32,000 nucleotides of DNA. Source: Alkanindiges illinoisensis DSM 15370 (GTDB taxonomy: Bacteria > Pseudomonadota > Gammaproteobacteria > Pseudomonadales > Moraxellaceae). Shown piece after piece: positions 1-9,583 of this stretch; the stretch's first letter is position 1, and each line of letters begins with the position of its first letter. A program made the translations under genes and the position numbers. Location of the stretch: assembly GCF_000619845.1 (NCBI RefSeq), contig NZ_JHUX01000011.1, positions 1 through 32,000 of the forward strand. The letters run 5' to 3'. The notes beneath the pieces were generated by a model. It saw only the letters and a program-made list of their open reading frames with translations. It was not told where the DNA came from and made no database searches.

Positions 1-543
1 TACAACCATAACCTCGATACCTCACGCCAGCATTACAGCAATGTGATCACCACCCGCAGCTTTGATGACCGCCTGCAAACTTTAGAGCATGTGCGTAACA
101 GTGGCATGAAAGTGTGTAGTGGTGGCATTTTAGGCTTAGGTGAGCAGCAAAGCGACCGCATCAGCTTATTGCATGAACTGGCCACCCAGCCCATCCATCC
201 CCAGTCAGTACCCATCAATATGCTGGTGCCGATTGCAGGCACTCCCCTTGCAGATGCCCCCAAGGTGAGTGTGATTGAATGGGTCAGAACCATTGCCACT
301 GCCCGTATCCTGATGCCCAAGAGTTATATTCGCCTGTCTGCGGGTCGTGAAGGCCTGACCGATGCTGAGCAGGCCTTATGTTTTCAGGCGGGTGCCAATT
401 CGTTTTTCTCTGGTGAGCAATTGTTGACCACGCCCAATGCGGGTGAAAGCCGTGATGGAGTTTTATTTGCACAACTGGGCCTTAGCAAGGAAAAAGCCAG
501 GCTGGATATTAAGGCTAGTGCAATCAATGCAATGAGTGCCTAA
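1..543 (+). CDS. bioB: Biotin synthase, C-terminal part (5' end is upstream of the window)
   Basis: Frame 1 is open from base 1 ([32 protein letters not shown]...), matching the conserved BioB YNHNLDTS...RL.TL region. bioF follows 20 nt downstream. Confidence 0.9.
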   Translation, partial: YNHNLDTSRQHYSNVITTRSFDDRLQTLEHVRNSGMKVCSGGILGLGEQQSDRISLLHELATQPIHPQSVPINMLVPIAGTPLADAPKVSVIEWVRTIATARILMPKSYIRLSAGREGLTDAEQALCFQAGANSFFSGEQLLTTPNAGESRDGVLFAQLGLSKEKARLDIKASAINAMSA

Positions 544-563
544 GGGCGGGCTGATTTTCTAGC

Positions 564-1730
564 ATGAGTCTTGAACAGTTTAAGCTGGCACAAAAATATG
601 CTGCTCTGCAACAGCAGCATTTAGACCGTTACACGCAAGTAATTGATCAGGGTGTGACACCGCTGGTGCAACGCCACGGCAAAACCCTGATTAACTTTTC
701 CAGTAATGATTATCTAGGGCTGGCCAGTCATCCAGCCGTTACCGCAGCAACTGTTGATTATTTAAAACAGCATGGCATTGGCGCAGGGGCTGCGCATCTA
801 GTCACGGGACATCATGCCATTCATGAGCAACTGGAACAGCGACTGGCACAAGTCACCGGTTATCCAAAAGCCATGCTGTTTTCTACCGGTTATATGGCCA
901 ATCTGGGGGTAATTGATGCCCTCATGGGTAATTTAACCGACAGCAAATCCGGCATTGTTTACCAGGATCGCTTAAACCATGCCTCGCTGCTGGATGGGGC
1001 ACGACTGGCAGGCGCCCAAACTGGTGTCAGGCTGCGCCGTTATCCGCATCTGGATATTGCGCAACTGAATCAATGGTTAAGTCAGGATTCTACTGAACAA
1101 AAATTGATTGTGACTGATCAGATTTTTAGCATGGATGGCACCGAAGCGCCGTTGCCTGACTTAATAAAAACTGCCGAGCAACACCAAGCCGCCTTGATGA
1201 TTGACGATGCGCATGGCTTTGGCTTGCGTACTCAGCCTTTGCCCAAGGTTGATGTATACATGGGCACGCTAGGTAAGGCGATTGGAACTTTTGGCGCATT
1301 TGTGGCTGGTTCGGAATTACTGATTAACTATTTAAAAAGCCGGGCACGTACTTTTGTATATACCACCGCAACACCGCCACTGATTGCGGCAGGAACCCTG
1401 GCTGCACTGGATGTGATTGCGCAGGAGCCGTGGCGGCAATTAAAATTACAACAACATATTAGCCGCTTGCGCAGCGCTTTAATGGCACAAGGCTGGGAAC
1501 TACTTCCGAGTCAGTCCGCGATTCAACCGATTATTGTAGGAAGTGCTGAGGATACATTAGCATTGTCAGCAAAATTGCTTGAGCAAGGCATTTTGGTTAG
1601 TGCAATTCGTCCACCGACTGTTCCACGTGGAACGTCACGCTTAAGAATTACCTTAAGCGCGGCACATACGGATGAGCACATATCTCATTTAATTAGTGCC
1701 TTGGCTGTTCATCAGGCTTTGCTTCGATAA
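564..1730 (+). CDS. bioF: 8-amino-7-oxononanoate synthase (PLP-dependent)
   Basis: 388 aa. Class II aminotransferase-like, with DDAHG and the TLGKA PLP-lysine motif and C-terminal IRPPTVPRGTSRLRITL, typical of BioF. Adjacent to bioB. Confidence 0.9.
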   Translation: MSLEQFKLAQKYAALQQQHLDRYTQVIDQGVTPLVQRHGKTLINFSSNDYLGLASHPAVTAATVDYLKQHGIGAGAAHLVTGHHAIHEQLEQRLAQVTGYPKAMLFSTGYMANLGVIDALMGNLTDSKSGIVYQDRLNHASLLDGARLAGAQTGVRLRRYPHLDIAQLNQWLSQDSTEQKLIVTDQIFSMDGTEAPLPDLIKTAEQHQAALMIDDAHGFGLRTQPLPKVDVYMGTLGKAIGTFGAFVAGSELLINYLKSRARTFVYTTATPPLIAAGTLAALDVIAQEPWRQLKLQQHISRLRSALMAQGWELLPSQSAIQPIIVGSAEDTLALSAKLLEQGILVSAIRPPTVPRGTSRLRITLSAAHTDEHISHLISALAVHQALLR

Positions 1731-2106
1731 CTACTGGATTAATATTTTCTGGCTTGTTTTTGGGTTCAATTGTCCGTTCTTCCTGCATTTCCTTCATTAA
1801 AAAGAAATTTAAACCTGTCCGAATAATGGCAATCGCTGCCAGTTTGCCAATTTGTTCCCAACTGGGTGATACGGCGGTTGATAAAATATCGGCAGCCAGT
1901 TGAAACTCCAGGCCTAAAGCCAGATAACGCGCGAAGATAAGTCGAACCGGTGTAAAACCATCAGGATGGCGGCTAACAAAAGCTTTTAAAAATCCATAGA
2001 GAGCCGCGAAAATACCAAAGGCAATAATGAGCGCGCCAACGCTTTCCACCATCAGGCGCAACCAGCTTACGGCTTGAATGACAAAGGTTTCGGTTTGCTC
2101 GAACAT
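1693..2106 (-). CDS. DUF1622-type small membrane protein
   Basis: 137 aa with predicted TM helices and the ARYLALGLEFQLAADIL motif I associate with DUF1622. Its 3' end overlaps the bioF 3' end by 38 bp. Confidence 0.7.
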   Translation of the reverse strand: MFEQTETFVIQAVSWLRLMVESVGALIIAFGIFAALYGFLKAFVSRHPDGFTPVRLIFARYLALGLEFQLAADILSTAVSPSWEQIGKLAAIAIIRTGLNFFLMKEMQEERTIEPKNKPENINPVVIEAKPDEQPRH

Positions 2107-2146
2107 AAATTAAGATGCCTTAAGTTTTAATTTAGGGCTTAGAAAG

Positions 2147-2887
2147 TTAAAGGGGATTATTTGTGAGAATTTTAGCCATTTTAAGATACTTTTTACGTCC
2201 AGTAAAATCTGTCATTGTTAAAGGATAAGGGGTTAGACACTTTGCACAAGCAGCATAATTTACTAAATGCTCTGTAGAAAATTTAAAAAACTTAAACTTA
2301 GTTACTGGTAACCATTCTATTTTAGTTTCTATTGTTAATTTCCCAATATATTTACAACTCTCACAGTAGCTGAGTTGCCAGAAATTTTCAGGAAGCTTTA
2401 ATTCTAAAAGTTGCAAGAACTGTTCAGCGAATTCTTTAATATAGGTGCTTTGATTTTCTTTAGTCAGTCCACTATTCCAGAAAGCACCATGCTCTTCATT
2501 TTCAATAAAATAGATATCCTCACTTAATTCATCCCAGATTCTAAATAAGGGTTCTTCATAGTCTGTTAGTGACCATAAACGACTTAAGTCATCAATTGCT
2601 TTTTTTACTAAAATATTTTCTTGCAATAATTCTATGCAAAGCTGCTTGGCATAAATTTTTAGAGCTTTTTCCCTAGTAGGCAATTTAAGCTTCAATTCGG
2701 AAAGACATTTTTCAAAATATGTTTCAATTTCATATTTATCAATATTTTTATCTAATCCAAAACTGGCAAGAATCATAATATTTTCACTTTCATTACCCTG
2801 ATCCAATAAGGATTCTGCCCAGTCGCTGTAATTACGTAGTTGAACACTCCCAAAAGCTATTTTTGCAGTAAGCATTTCAATATTCAT
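2147..2887 (-). CDS. Hypothetical protein on a low-GC islet, with a C-terminal CxxC...CxxC pair
   Basis: 246-aa ORF. Sampled 60-nt lines have 14-17 G+C, against 33 of 60 in the flanking EamA gene. Helical acidic N-terminal part. C-terminal CESC...CAKC suggests a zinc ribbon. No family recognised. Confidence 0.55.
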   Translation of the reverse strand: MNIEMLTAKIAFGSVQLRNYSDWAESLLDQGNESENIMILASFGLDKNIDKYEIETYFEKCLSELKLKLPTREKALKIYAKQLCIELLQENILVKKAIDDLSRLWSLTDYEEPLFRIWDELSEDIYFIENEEHGAFWNSGLTKENQSTYIKEFAEQFLQLLELKLPENFWQLSYCESCKYIGKLTIETKIEWLPVTKFKFFKFSTEHLVNYAACAKCLTPYPLTMTDFTGRKKYLKMAKILTNNPL

Positions 2888-2916
2888 TTTCTCAAATTAT
2901 CTCTATCAATCACTAC

Positions 2917-3807
2917 TCAAGCCCAAATCACCAGCACCGCCCCCAGCATCACCAGCCACAATCCCGCATGATCAGTTTTTACCAGTTTTTCCTTAAAGAA
3001 GTAAAGGGAAATCAACAAGGTAAACAGCACCTCAATTTGCCCCAAGGTTTTGACCAAAGGCACCGACTGCAAACTCATGGCACTAAACCAGCCCAGTGAC
3101 CCCAAAAAACTGGCCAGGCTCACCCGTGCCGTTAAACCTTTGCGCTGTCGCATGGCGGTTAGCGTTTGCGGACTTTTTATAGACAGCCAGACCAGCAATA
3201 GCAAGTTTTGCAAGCTAATGGCACAAAACAACACCCAGCCCGCACGATGCAAAAACGGCAACTGGCTTAGCTCAAGACTGGCTTCCCGCACCATTAACGA
3301 GGCAATGGCAAAACACAGGCCACTGGCAAGCCCTGTCCACAGCGTTGGCCATGACAGTGTGGCCATGGAACGCGCACCACTCAGTAAAAATACCGCGACT
3401 GCGCCTACCAGTACACCCAGCCAGCCCAGCCAAGACAACTGCACACCCAGCACGGCTACCCCAATAATAGCGGCCAGAATCGCTTCACTTTTGGCTAGGC
3501 CTACCCCAATGGCGTAGTTTTTTTGCTGAAACAGTTTCACCATGAGTACTGTGGCCAGAATCTGGCTCACCGCCACCATACCAATATACAGCCAGAAGCG
3601 AGCTCCAAAACTGCTTATGGAGATTGAATGGGCCACTGGCTGAAAGTGATACAGCAATAGCAAATACAATATAGCCAGCGGCGTTGCACCAATAAAGCGT
3701 GCCAGCGTAACGCCATAGGCATCTACGGTGGTGCTAAGCTGCTTTTGAAAAGCATTGCGCCAGGCCTGCATAAATGCAGCCATGATGGTAAAGAAAATCC
3801 AAGTCAC
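2917..3807 (-). CDS. EamA/DMT-family transporter (10-TM type)
   Basis: 296 aa, highly hydrophobic, with the two-fold EamA-like repeat architecture. Confidence 0.8.
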   Translation of the reverse strand: MTWIFFTIMAAFMQAWRNAFQKQLSTTVDAYGVTLARFIGATPLAILYLLLLYHFQPVAHSISISSFGARFWLYIGMVAVSQILATVLMVKLFQQKNYAIGVGLAKSEAILAAIIGVAVLGVQLSWLGWLGVLVGAVAVFLLSGARSMATLSWPTLWTGLASGLCFAIASLMVREASLELSQLPFLHRAGWVLFCAISLQNLLLLVWLSIKSPQTLTAMRQRKGLTARVSLASFLGSLGWFSAMSLQSVPLVKTLGQIEVLFTLLISLYFFKEKLVKTDHAGLWLVMLGAVLVIWA

Positions 3808-3890
3808 CGAATACCCTTACAATAATGAATCCACATTTAGGTGAATCTTTCAAAAAATAATGATCTATATGTCCTGTTACTTAATCCAGA

Positions 3891-4607
3891 CTACTGCGGA
3901 TATACGCCCCAATAAACCTCAGTTTTATCTGTACAATAAAAACCTTCAAGCGGTGAAAATTGTAAAATCTTCTCTATTATTTCTTTTGATCCACATAGAA
4001 AGGAACAATGACTATCCCAATGGGCTGTCACTAAAACCTTATAATCAGGTGTAAAAATGCAACCATTTGCTGGTATCTTGTCTTCATCAAAAAGATCCTC
4101 TATCCAGTACAGTTTTCTTTCAGTCCCTAGATCATCACCAAGCCAGACCCACTCATATCCCAACTCGACCAGTGCATGATAAATATAATTTTCTACATAC
4201 TCAGAAATAACGCCATCTCTTGGCTCCCATATATCTTCAGCATGTAAATAATCTATTAACTGCCTGGAAAGGTGCTCATTTTTATATTTGGCATTAAGAC
4301 CATGAATCATTGTTCTCAGCGCGATATCCACATCTGCTAGACTTTGGAAACCCAAAGCTTGCCGGACATCCTCCCATGAAATCGGTTCCATACCATTTAG
4401 TATTTCCTGTTTGGTTGGAAAATTACTGTCCAAAAAATCACTGTTTTTTAATTTGATAGGATTTAGAAAAGGATGTAAAACAATATATACCTCATCAAAC
4501 TGCCCGGCATAATATTCTTTAATTCTCCCATCAATAGGACAAGAAGCATATTTCGGCTGTTCCGGCAAAATTCTGTCTTTTATGCGCTTCTTTCTGTTGT
4601 TAAGCAT
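3891..4607 (-). CDS. Hypothetical cytoplasmic protein on a low-GC islet
   Basis: 238-aa ORF with GAGG 5 nt upstream of the ATG. Sampled lines have 15-23 G+C of 60. No TM helix or signal peptide. No family recognised. Confidence 0.55.
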   Translation of the reverse strand: MLNNRKKRIKDRILPEQPKYASCPIDGRIKEYYAGQFDEVYIVLHPFLNPIKLKNSDFLDSNFPTKQEILNGMEPISWEDVRQALGFQSLADVDIALRTMIHGLNAKYKNEHLSRQLIDYLHAEDIWEPRDGVISEYVENYIYHALVELGYEWVWLGDDLGTERKLYWIEDLFDEDKIPANGCIFTPDYKVLVTAHWDSHCSFLCGSKEIIEKILQFSPLEGFYCTDKTEVYWGVYPQ

Positions 4608-4641
4608 AGCCGCCTCAAAATTATCTTATTGAAATGAATAC

Positions 4642-5082
4642 TTAATCCATATCCAGCATAAAAGTGACTGGTCCATCGTTTTGCAGGCTCACCTGCATGT
4701 CGGCACCAAACGAACCAGTTTGCACATTCGGATAAACATTTTTGGCATGGGCAACCAGTTGGCTAAACAGCTCACGCGCCTCATCGGGTGGCATAGCGGG
4801 GCCAAAATCCGGACGCAATCCCTTGCGTGTTTCGGCCATCAGGGTGAACTGCGACACCAGCAGCAAGCCGCCATTCACTTGCTGCACATTTAAATTCATG
4901 CGATCACCGTCATCGCTAAACAGACGGTAGGCCAAAATTTTCTTGAGCATTTTTTCGGCAGTTTGCAGGGTATTGGTTTTGCCAAGGCCGATAAACACCA
5001 GTAAGCCCTGCTCAATTTGCCCAATGACATTGCCATCCACTTCAACTTTGGCATGCTTAACGCGCTGAATTAGTGCCCGCAT
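4642..5082 (-). CDS. dtd: D-aminoacyl-tRNA deacylase
   Basis: MRALIQRVKHAKVEVDG...SQFTL...G.RP.F matches Dtd. Start set at the internal ATG (5082) that reproduces the canonical MxALIQRV N-terminus, not the longer ORF start at 5136. Confidence 0.9.
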   Translation of the reverse strand: MRALIQRVKHAKVEVDGNVIGQIEQGLLVFIGLGKTNTLQTAEKMLKKILAYRLFSDDGDRMNLNVQQVNGGLLLVSQFTLMAETRKGLRPDFGPAMPPDEARELFSQLVAHAKNVYPNVQTGSFGADMQVSLQNDGPVTFMLDMD

Positions 5083-5286
5083 GATATGATTCCAGACTGT
5101 TTTGGCTATTGTGAAACAAGCAGGCCGATGCTGCAATTGTTGTGATGGATTTATGCTTTAAGCTACGCTACAGCCTTTATGCCTGAACCTGATTTACGCT
5201 GCAAAAATTTTGTAAAAAATACAAAATGCTTTGTGTAGTCAACCAAGCCAAGTTCTTGTACAGTAGTTTTTTACTGCCTTTTTATC

Positions 5287-6144
5287 ATGCTCATGACGCC
5301 TGCCGAACCCCTTAGCCTGCCCCTGCTGGTGGATGCCGAACAACTGCTGCCTGTGCTGAATCATCCCTTATTGCGCATTATCGATTTGGGCAAGCCCCGG
5401 GTATATGAACAGGTGCATTTGCCCAATGCATTGTCCTTAGCACCTGCCCTGTTGGTTCGGCAGGAAGAACATGCCTCGGGTTTGCTGCCAGATGATGAGC
5501 AACTGCAACAACTGCTACAAATATTGGCAATTACACCCCAGCATCAGGTGGTGGTGTATGACGATGAAGGCGGCGCCTGGGCAGGCCGCTTGATCTGGAC
5601 GCTGCATATTCTGGGTTTTGACAAGGTAAGTTTACTGAATGGCGGGATTCATAGCTGGCTGGCCAAGGGCCTACCCACCAGCAGTGAGGTGCCCAGCCTT
5701 GCTGCGGTTGAAGCTTTTCAACCTAGCCCATTAAACCTTGAGCCACGCATTACCTTGGATGAGCTAACAACGATTCTGGCTGAACAACCAGATACCTATA
5801 ACCTGTGGGACTGCCGCACCCATGGCGAATACACTGGCGCACGGCTGGCCGCACGGCGTGGCGGGCACCTGCCAGGCGCATTTCATTATGAATGGAACAC
5901 TGTGCTGGATCGGCAAAATAACCTGTGTTTACGGTCCCTGCCCGAGATTATGGCGGAACTACAGCAGCAAGGCCTAAACCCGCAAAAACCCGTAATTGTG
6001 TATTGCCAGAGCCATCATCGTTCCGGGCTGGCCTATGTGCTGGCGCGGCTGTTCAATTGGCCGGTTCGCGCGTATGATGGCGCGTGGAGTGAATGGGGCA
6101 ATCGACTTGATACGCCTATTGTGACAGGAGAACATCCGCTTTGA
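5287..6144 (+). CDS. rhdA: Tandem-rhodanese thiosulfate sulfurtransferase
   Basis: 285 aa with two rhodanese domains. The active-site loop CQSHHRSG is close to CQTHHRSG of Azotobacter RhdA. Lies directly upstream of psd, as I recall for Pseudomonas rhdA. Confidence 0.8.
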   Translation: MLMTPAEPLSLPLLVDAEQLLPVLNHPLLRIIDLGKPRVYEQVHLPNALSLAPALLVRQEEHASGLLPDDEQLQQLLQILAITPQHQVVVYDDEGGAWAGRLIWTLHILGFDKVSLLNGGIHSWLAKGLPTSSEVPSLAAVEAFQPSPLNLEPRITLDELTTILAEQPDTYNLWDCRTHGEYTGARLAARRGGHLPGAFHYEWNTVLDRQNNLCLRSLPEIMAELQQQGLNPQKPVIVYCQSHHRSGLAYVLARLFNWPVRAYDGAWSEWGNRLDTPIVTGEHPL

Positions 6145-7016
6145 GTCAAGACAACACCAATCAAAAGAAAAGTTTGATGGATAAGGCTTTTATCCACTTT
6201 CAGCATCTGGCACCGCAGCATGGTTTAAGCCGTCTGGTCGGCACGCTGGCCGCCAGCAAAAATCCGCTGGTGAAAAAGGCGTTTATCAAGCTGTTCCATG
6301 ACCGTTATCAAATTGATATGAGTCTGGCGGAAATTGAAGAGCTGTCCCGGTTTGGCTCGTTTAATGAATTCTTTACCCGCGCACTTAAAGTGGATGCCCG
6401 CCCGGTGGATCCTTCACCGACCAGCATTGTTTCCCCTGCCGATGGTGCGATTTCCCAGCTGGGTAAAATTGACGGTGACGAGATTTTTCAGGCCAAGGGA
6501 CAAAATTTTTCCCTAAACCAGCTGATTGGTGATGCCGCACTGGCGCAACATTTTATTGGTGGTGAATTTGCTACCGTATACCTGTCACCACGTGATTATC
6601 ACCGCGTACATATGCCGTTTGCGGGTCGTCTGACTGACACCATTTATGTACCGGGCAAGCTGTTTTCGGTCAATACCGTCACTGCTGAAAATGTACCAGC
6701 CCTGTTTGCCCGTAATGAGCGTCTAGTGTGCCTGTTTGACACCAGCGTGGGCCGCATGGCCGTGGTGCTGGTGGGTGCCATGATTGTGGCTGGTATTGAA
6801 TGTGTGGCTACCGGCAAGATCAAGCCATCCGGCAAGCTGGAACATCGCAAGCATGACCTTCAGCTTGATAAAGGCGCAGAGCTGGGCCGTTTTTATCTGG
6901 GTTCTACCGCCATTGTGCTGTTTGAAAACAGTAAGATTAACTGGCTGGCCCCGTTTGAAGCGGGCAGTACCGTGATGATGGGTCAGGCCATGGGTACTGT
7001 CCTTAACGCGCAATAA
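6141..7016 (+). CDS. psd: Phosphatidylserine decarboxylase proenzyme
   Basis: [27 protein letters not shown] and the LGST self-cleavage motif are all present. TTG start overlaps the rhdA stop (TTGA). An alternative ATG is at 6177. Confidence 0.9.
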   Translation: MSQDNTNQKKSLMDKAFIHFQHLAPQHGLSRLVGTLAASKNPLVKKAFIKLFHDRYQIDMSLAEIEELSRFGSFNEFFTRALKVDARPVDPSPTSIVSPADGAISQLGKIDGDEIFQAKGQNFSLNQLIGDAALAQHFIGGEFATVYLSPRDYHRVHMPFAGRLTDTIYVPGKLFSVNTVTAENVPALFARNERLVCLFDTSVGRMAVVLVGAMIVAGIECVATGKIKPSGKLEHRKHDLQLDKGAELGRFYLGSTAIVLFENSKINWLAPFEAGSTVMMGQAMGTVLNAQ

Positions 7017-7097
7017 TTATACGCTTGTTTAGTCTGTTAGTTTAAAACTTTCAACGCCATGTTTTGCTGAAGCATGGCTGCTATAAAAAGGAATTTT

Positions 7098-8825
7098 ATG
7101 GCATTTCAAACATCGCTTAGCCTGTTGGGCTTAAGCCTACTGCTTACCTTAACGGGTTGTGCCACGCGTCAGGTTCAGCCCCTGCTGCCCACCACGGCGC
7201 AGGGCACGCTGAAGCAAAGCCATTATCAAATGCGCATGACCACGGATGATGGCGTTACCCTGTCCTTTACCGTATACCAGCCAGCACTTGCACCCGGCCA
7301 AACTGCACCGCTGATCCTTCACACGCATGGCTTTGGCCTGTCACGCATGAAACGCCCGTATTTGAGCCTGTATGGTAGCGTCATGCCCACCGGACAAGGC
7401 GCGGAAGCAGCATGGAAACGCGGTTACTGGATGATTAGTTTTGACCAGCGCGGGCATGGCGGGCTTGATGGCACGGGTGGTAAAATCCGCCTGACTGATC
7501 CGCAATTTGAAGGCCGTGATGTCAGCCGGGTGATTGACTGGGCTGAGAAAAATTTGCCACAACTGGCCCGTAATACTAATGGCGCACGGGTTGGCATGAT
7601 TGGTGAATCCTATGGCGGGGCCATTCAATATATTGCTTCGGCACAGGACAAGCGCATTCAGGCACTCGTACCCGTCACCACCTGGTATAATCTGGAATAC
7701 AGCCTTGCGCCCAATGGTGTGCCCAAAAGTGGCTGGCTGGATTTATTGAATATTGTGGGTGACTGGTGGAACTGGAACAAATTTGATCCGGCACTGAAAA
7801 TGGCCTATCAGGACACCAAAAATGGCGCGATTTCAGCGTCATCTTACCAGTTCTTAAAAACCCATCAGGCACGCTGGTTTTGTGATACCCAGCAGGCGCC
7901 ACAGGCGGATGCGCTGATTATTCAGGGTTTTCGCGATGTGCTGTTTCCGTTTAATGAAGGCATTTCAGCCTACCAGTGCCTAAAGCAGGCTGGCCATGAT
8001 GTGCGCTTGCTGGGTGTTGAAGGCGGGCACCTGCAACCCGGTGTGCAGCATTCACCAGGGCTTGAGCTACCGGCCTGGTACATTGGCAAAAACATGAATT
8101 GTCAGGGCAAAATACTTAATATTCAGGCCATGATTGCCCACTGGTTTGATGCCAAGCTCAAAGACCAGCCTGCGCAGGCCAGCCAGATTCCGGCAGTGTG
8201 CATTGACCATAGTCCAGTGCAAGCCATTGATGCCTTACAGCCCCGTGTCGATTATCCGCTGCCAGCATTACACATGACGGCTGGCGGTGGCTATGAATGG
8301 CTGTTTAAATCAACCGATCGCCTGCGGCATTTATTGACACCCCAGCACTTGCCGGCCAACTGGCAACAACCGCAACAAGGCGGTTCACGGCCGTTACTGC
8401 TACCACTCACCCGCATGACTCAGGATCAATGGCTCACCGGCATTCCACGTTTGCATCTCAACATTGATACGCCTGATGCAACTAAAGCCCAAAACTCCCC
8501 GACCCTATTTGTGTCACTGGCGCGCTGGACACCCGGCAAAGGCAGCTATCAGGTGCTAAACGAACAGGTAATTCCCATCAACCTGCAAAAATTGCATTAT
8601 CGCAATCAAATGCTTAGCCAGTTGTCTGTGCCCATAGATGACCCGGCCAAGGGTATTGATTTACCAGCTGTGAATGCAAAACTTAAACAGGGTGAGGTAT
8701 TGGGTTTGGTGATTAGCAGCCGCAGCCGTTACTTTGGCCGTAGCAGCAAGGCCCATGCACAAGCCAATATCAGCGGCTTTATTGAATTACCGACCATGCT
8801 ACCGGCCAGTTCGGTTCTTTATTAA
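7098..8825 (+). CDS. Alpha/beta-hydrolase lipoprotein, CocE/NonD (peptidase S15)-like
   Basis: Lipobox LTLTGC after a hydrophobic signal sequence. GESYGG nucleophile elbow and a large C-terminal beta-rich domain. Start chosen at the ATG preceded by AAGGA; the ORF track starts at 7074. Confidence 0.75.
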   Translation: MAFQTSLSLLGLSLLLTLTGCATRQVQPLLPTTAQGTLKQSHYQMRMTTDDGVTLSFTVYQPALAPGQTAPLILHTHGFGLSRMKRPYLSLYGSVMPTGQGAEAAWKRGYWMISFDQRGHGGLDGTGGKIRLTDPQFEGRDVSRVIDWAEKNLPQLARNTNGARVGMIGESYGGAIQYIASAQDKRIQALVPVTTWYNLEYSLAPNGVPKSGWLDLLNIVGDWWNWNKFDPALKMAYQDTKNGAISASSYQFLKTHQARWFCDTQQAPQADALIIQGFRDVLFPFNEGISAYQCLKQAGHDVRLLGVEGGHLQPGVQHSPGLELPAWYIGKNMNCQGKILNIQAMIAHWFDAKLKDQPAQASQIPAVCIDHSPVQAIDALQPRVDYPLPALHMTAGGGYEWLFKSTDRLRHLLTPQHLPANWQQPQQGGSRPLLLPLTRMTQDQWLTGIPRLHLNIDTPDATKAQNSPTLFVSLARWTPGKGSYQVLNEQVIPINLQKLHYRNQMLSQLSVPIDDPAKGIDLPAVNAKLKQGEVLGLVISSRSRYFGRSSKAHAQANISGFIELPTMLPASSVLY

Positions 8826-8852
8826 AATATGGTCTTACAGGTTTGAAAAATT

Positions 8853-8889
8853 AAAAAACGCAGCAAAGTCATGCCCTGCTGCGTTTTTT
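8853..8889. terminator. Bidirectional intrinsic terminator between convergent genes
   Basis: AAAAAACGCAGCA - 11-nt loop - TGCTGCGTTTTTT. Perfect stem with an A-run and a T-run on either side. Confidence 0.8.
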
Positions 8890-8921
8890 AGCATTAGCCT
8901 GCTTAAAACAGGCTTCAACCT

Positions 8922-9521
8922 CTAGCCAAAAATCTTGAAACGCTCATCACGCTGCATGTAGTTCTTGTCACCGGCTGGTGATTCGATCGAACCAAACGGC
9001 ATTTGCGCACGCAGTTTCCAGCTGGCTGGAATACCAAAGCGGGCAGCAACTTCATCATCAATAATTGGATTGTAGTGTTGCAGCGTAGCACCAATGTTTT
9101 CATTAGCCAGTGCCGACCACACCGCAAACTGGGCAATACCGGTAGAGTGCTCAGACCAGACCGGGAAGTTTTCCGCATACAGGGCAAACTGCTCCTGCAG
9201 GTTTTTGATAATGTCCTGATCTTCATAAAACAGCACGGTGCCAAAACCGGCTGCAAACGAGGAAATCTTGTTGCTGGTGGCTTCAAAGGCGGCTTCCGGC
9301 ACAATCTTGCGCAGGGTTTCACGCACAATTTCCCAAAAATCCACACTGGCCTGACCAAATAGGATCACGGCACGCGAGCTTTGTGAGTTGAACGATGACG
9401 GGCTTTGTTCAACAGCGGTCTGAATCAGCTCACTGATTTGATCCTGTGACACTGTGACATTTTTGCCAATGTGATAAATGGAGCGGCGTTTTGCAATGCT
9501 GTCTAAAAACGGGTTGGCCAT
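8922..9521 (-). CDS. Nitroreductase-family flavoprotein
   Basis: 199 aa. N-terminal RRSIYHIGK and overall nitroreductase-fold sequence features. Confidence 0.8.
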   Translation of the reverse strand: MANPFLDSIAKRRSIYHIGKNVTVSQDQISELIQTAVEQSPSSFNSQSSRAVILFGQASVDFWEIVRETLRKIVPEAAFEATSNKISSFAAGFGTVLFYEDQDIIKNLQEQFALYAENFPVWSEHSTGIAQFAVWSALANENIGATLQHYNPIIDDEVAARFGIPASWKLRAQMPFGSIESPAGDKNYMQRDERFKIFG

Positions 9522-9583
9522 GATTTTGTATTCCTACCAAAATATTAAAACTTAAAAAAACTGAATCGATTGATTAAAACCGG

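Noticed and set aside
1620-1633. A third copy of the GTTCCACGTGGAAC palindrome core, inside bioF.
   Set aside because: It encodes the conserved BioF motif T-V-P-R-G-T, so it is most simply explained by codon choice in a conserved peptide, not by a repeat element. Other short CACGTG palindromes in coding DNA (for example about 12668 in dnaK and about 16466 in the AraC gene) were dismissed likewise.
3050-3517. 155-aa ORF antisense to the EamA gene. Similar antisense or shadow ORFs occur inside the permease (26594-27223), purK (21433-22290), purE (22448-22747), mnmE (29970-30791), the hydrolase and the nitroreductase.
   Set aside because: All lie wholly inside strongly supported genes on the opposite strand or in another frame. 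Their compositions are Pro/Arg/Ser/Cys-rich and typical of out-of-frame translation.
5207-5227. Inverted repeat ATTTTGTA-N5-TACAAAAT in the dtd / rhdA divergent promoter region, considered as a possible operator.
   Set aside because: It is short and AT-rich in an AT-rich promoter region, and matches no known consensus. There is not enough evidence to report it as a regulatory site.
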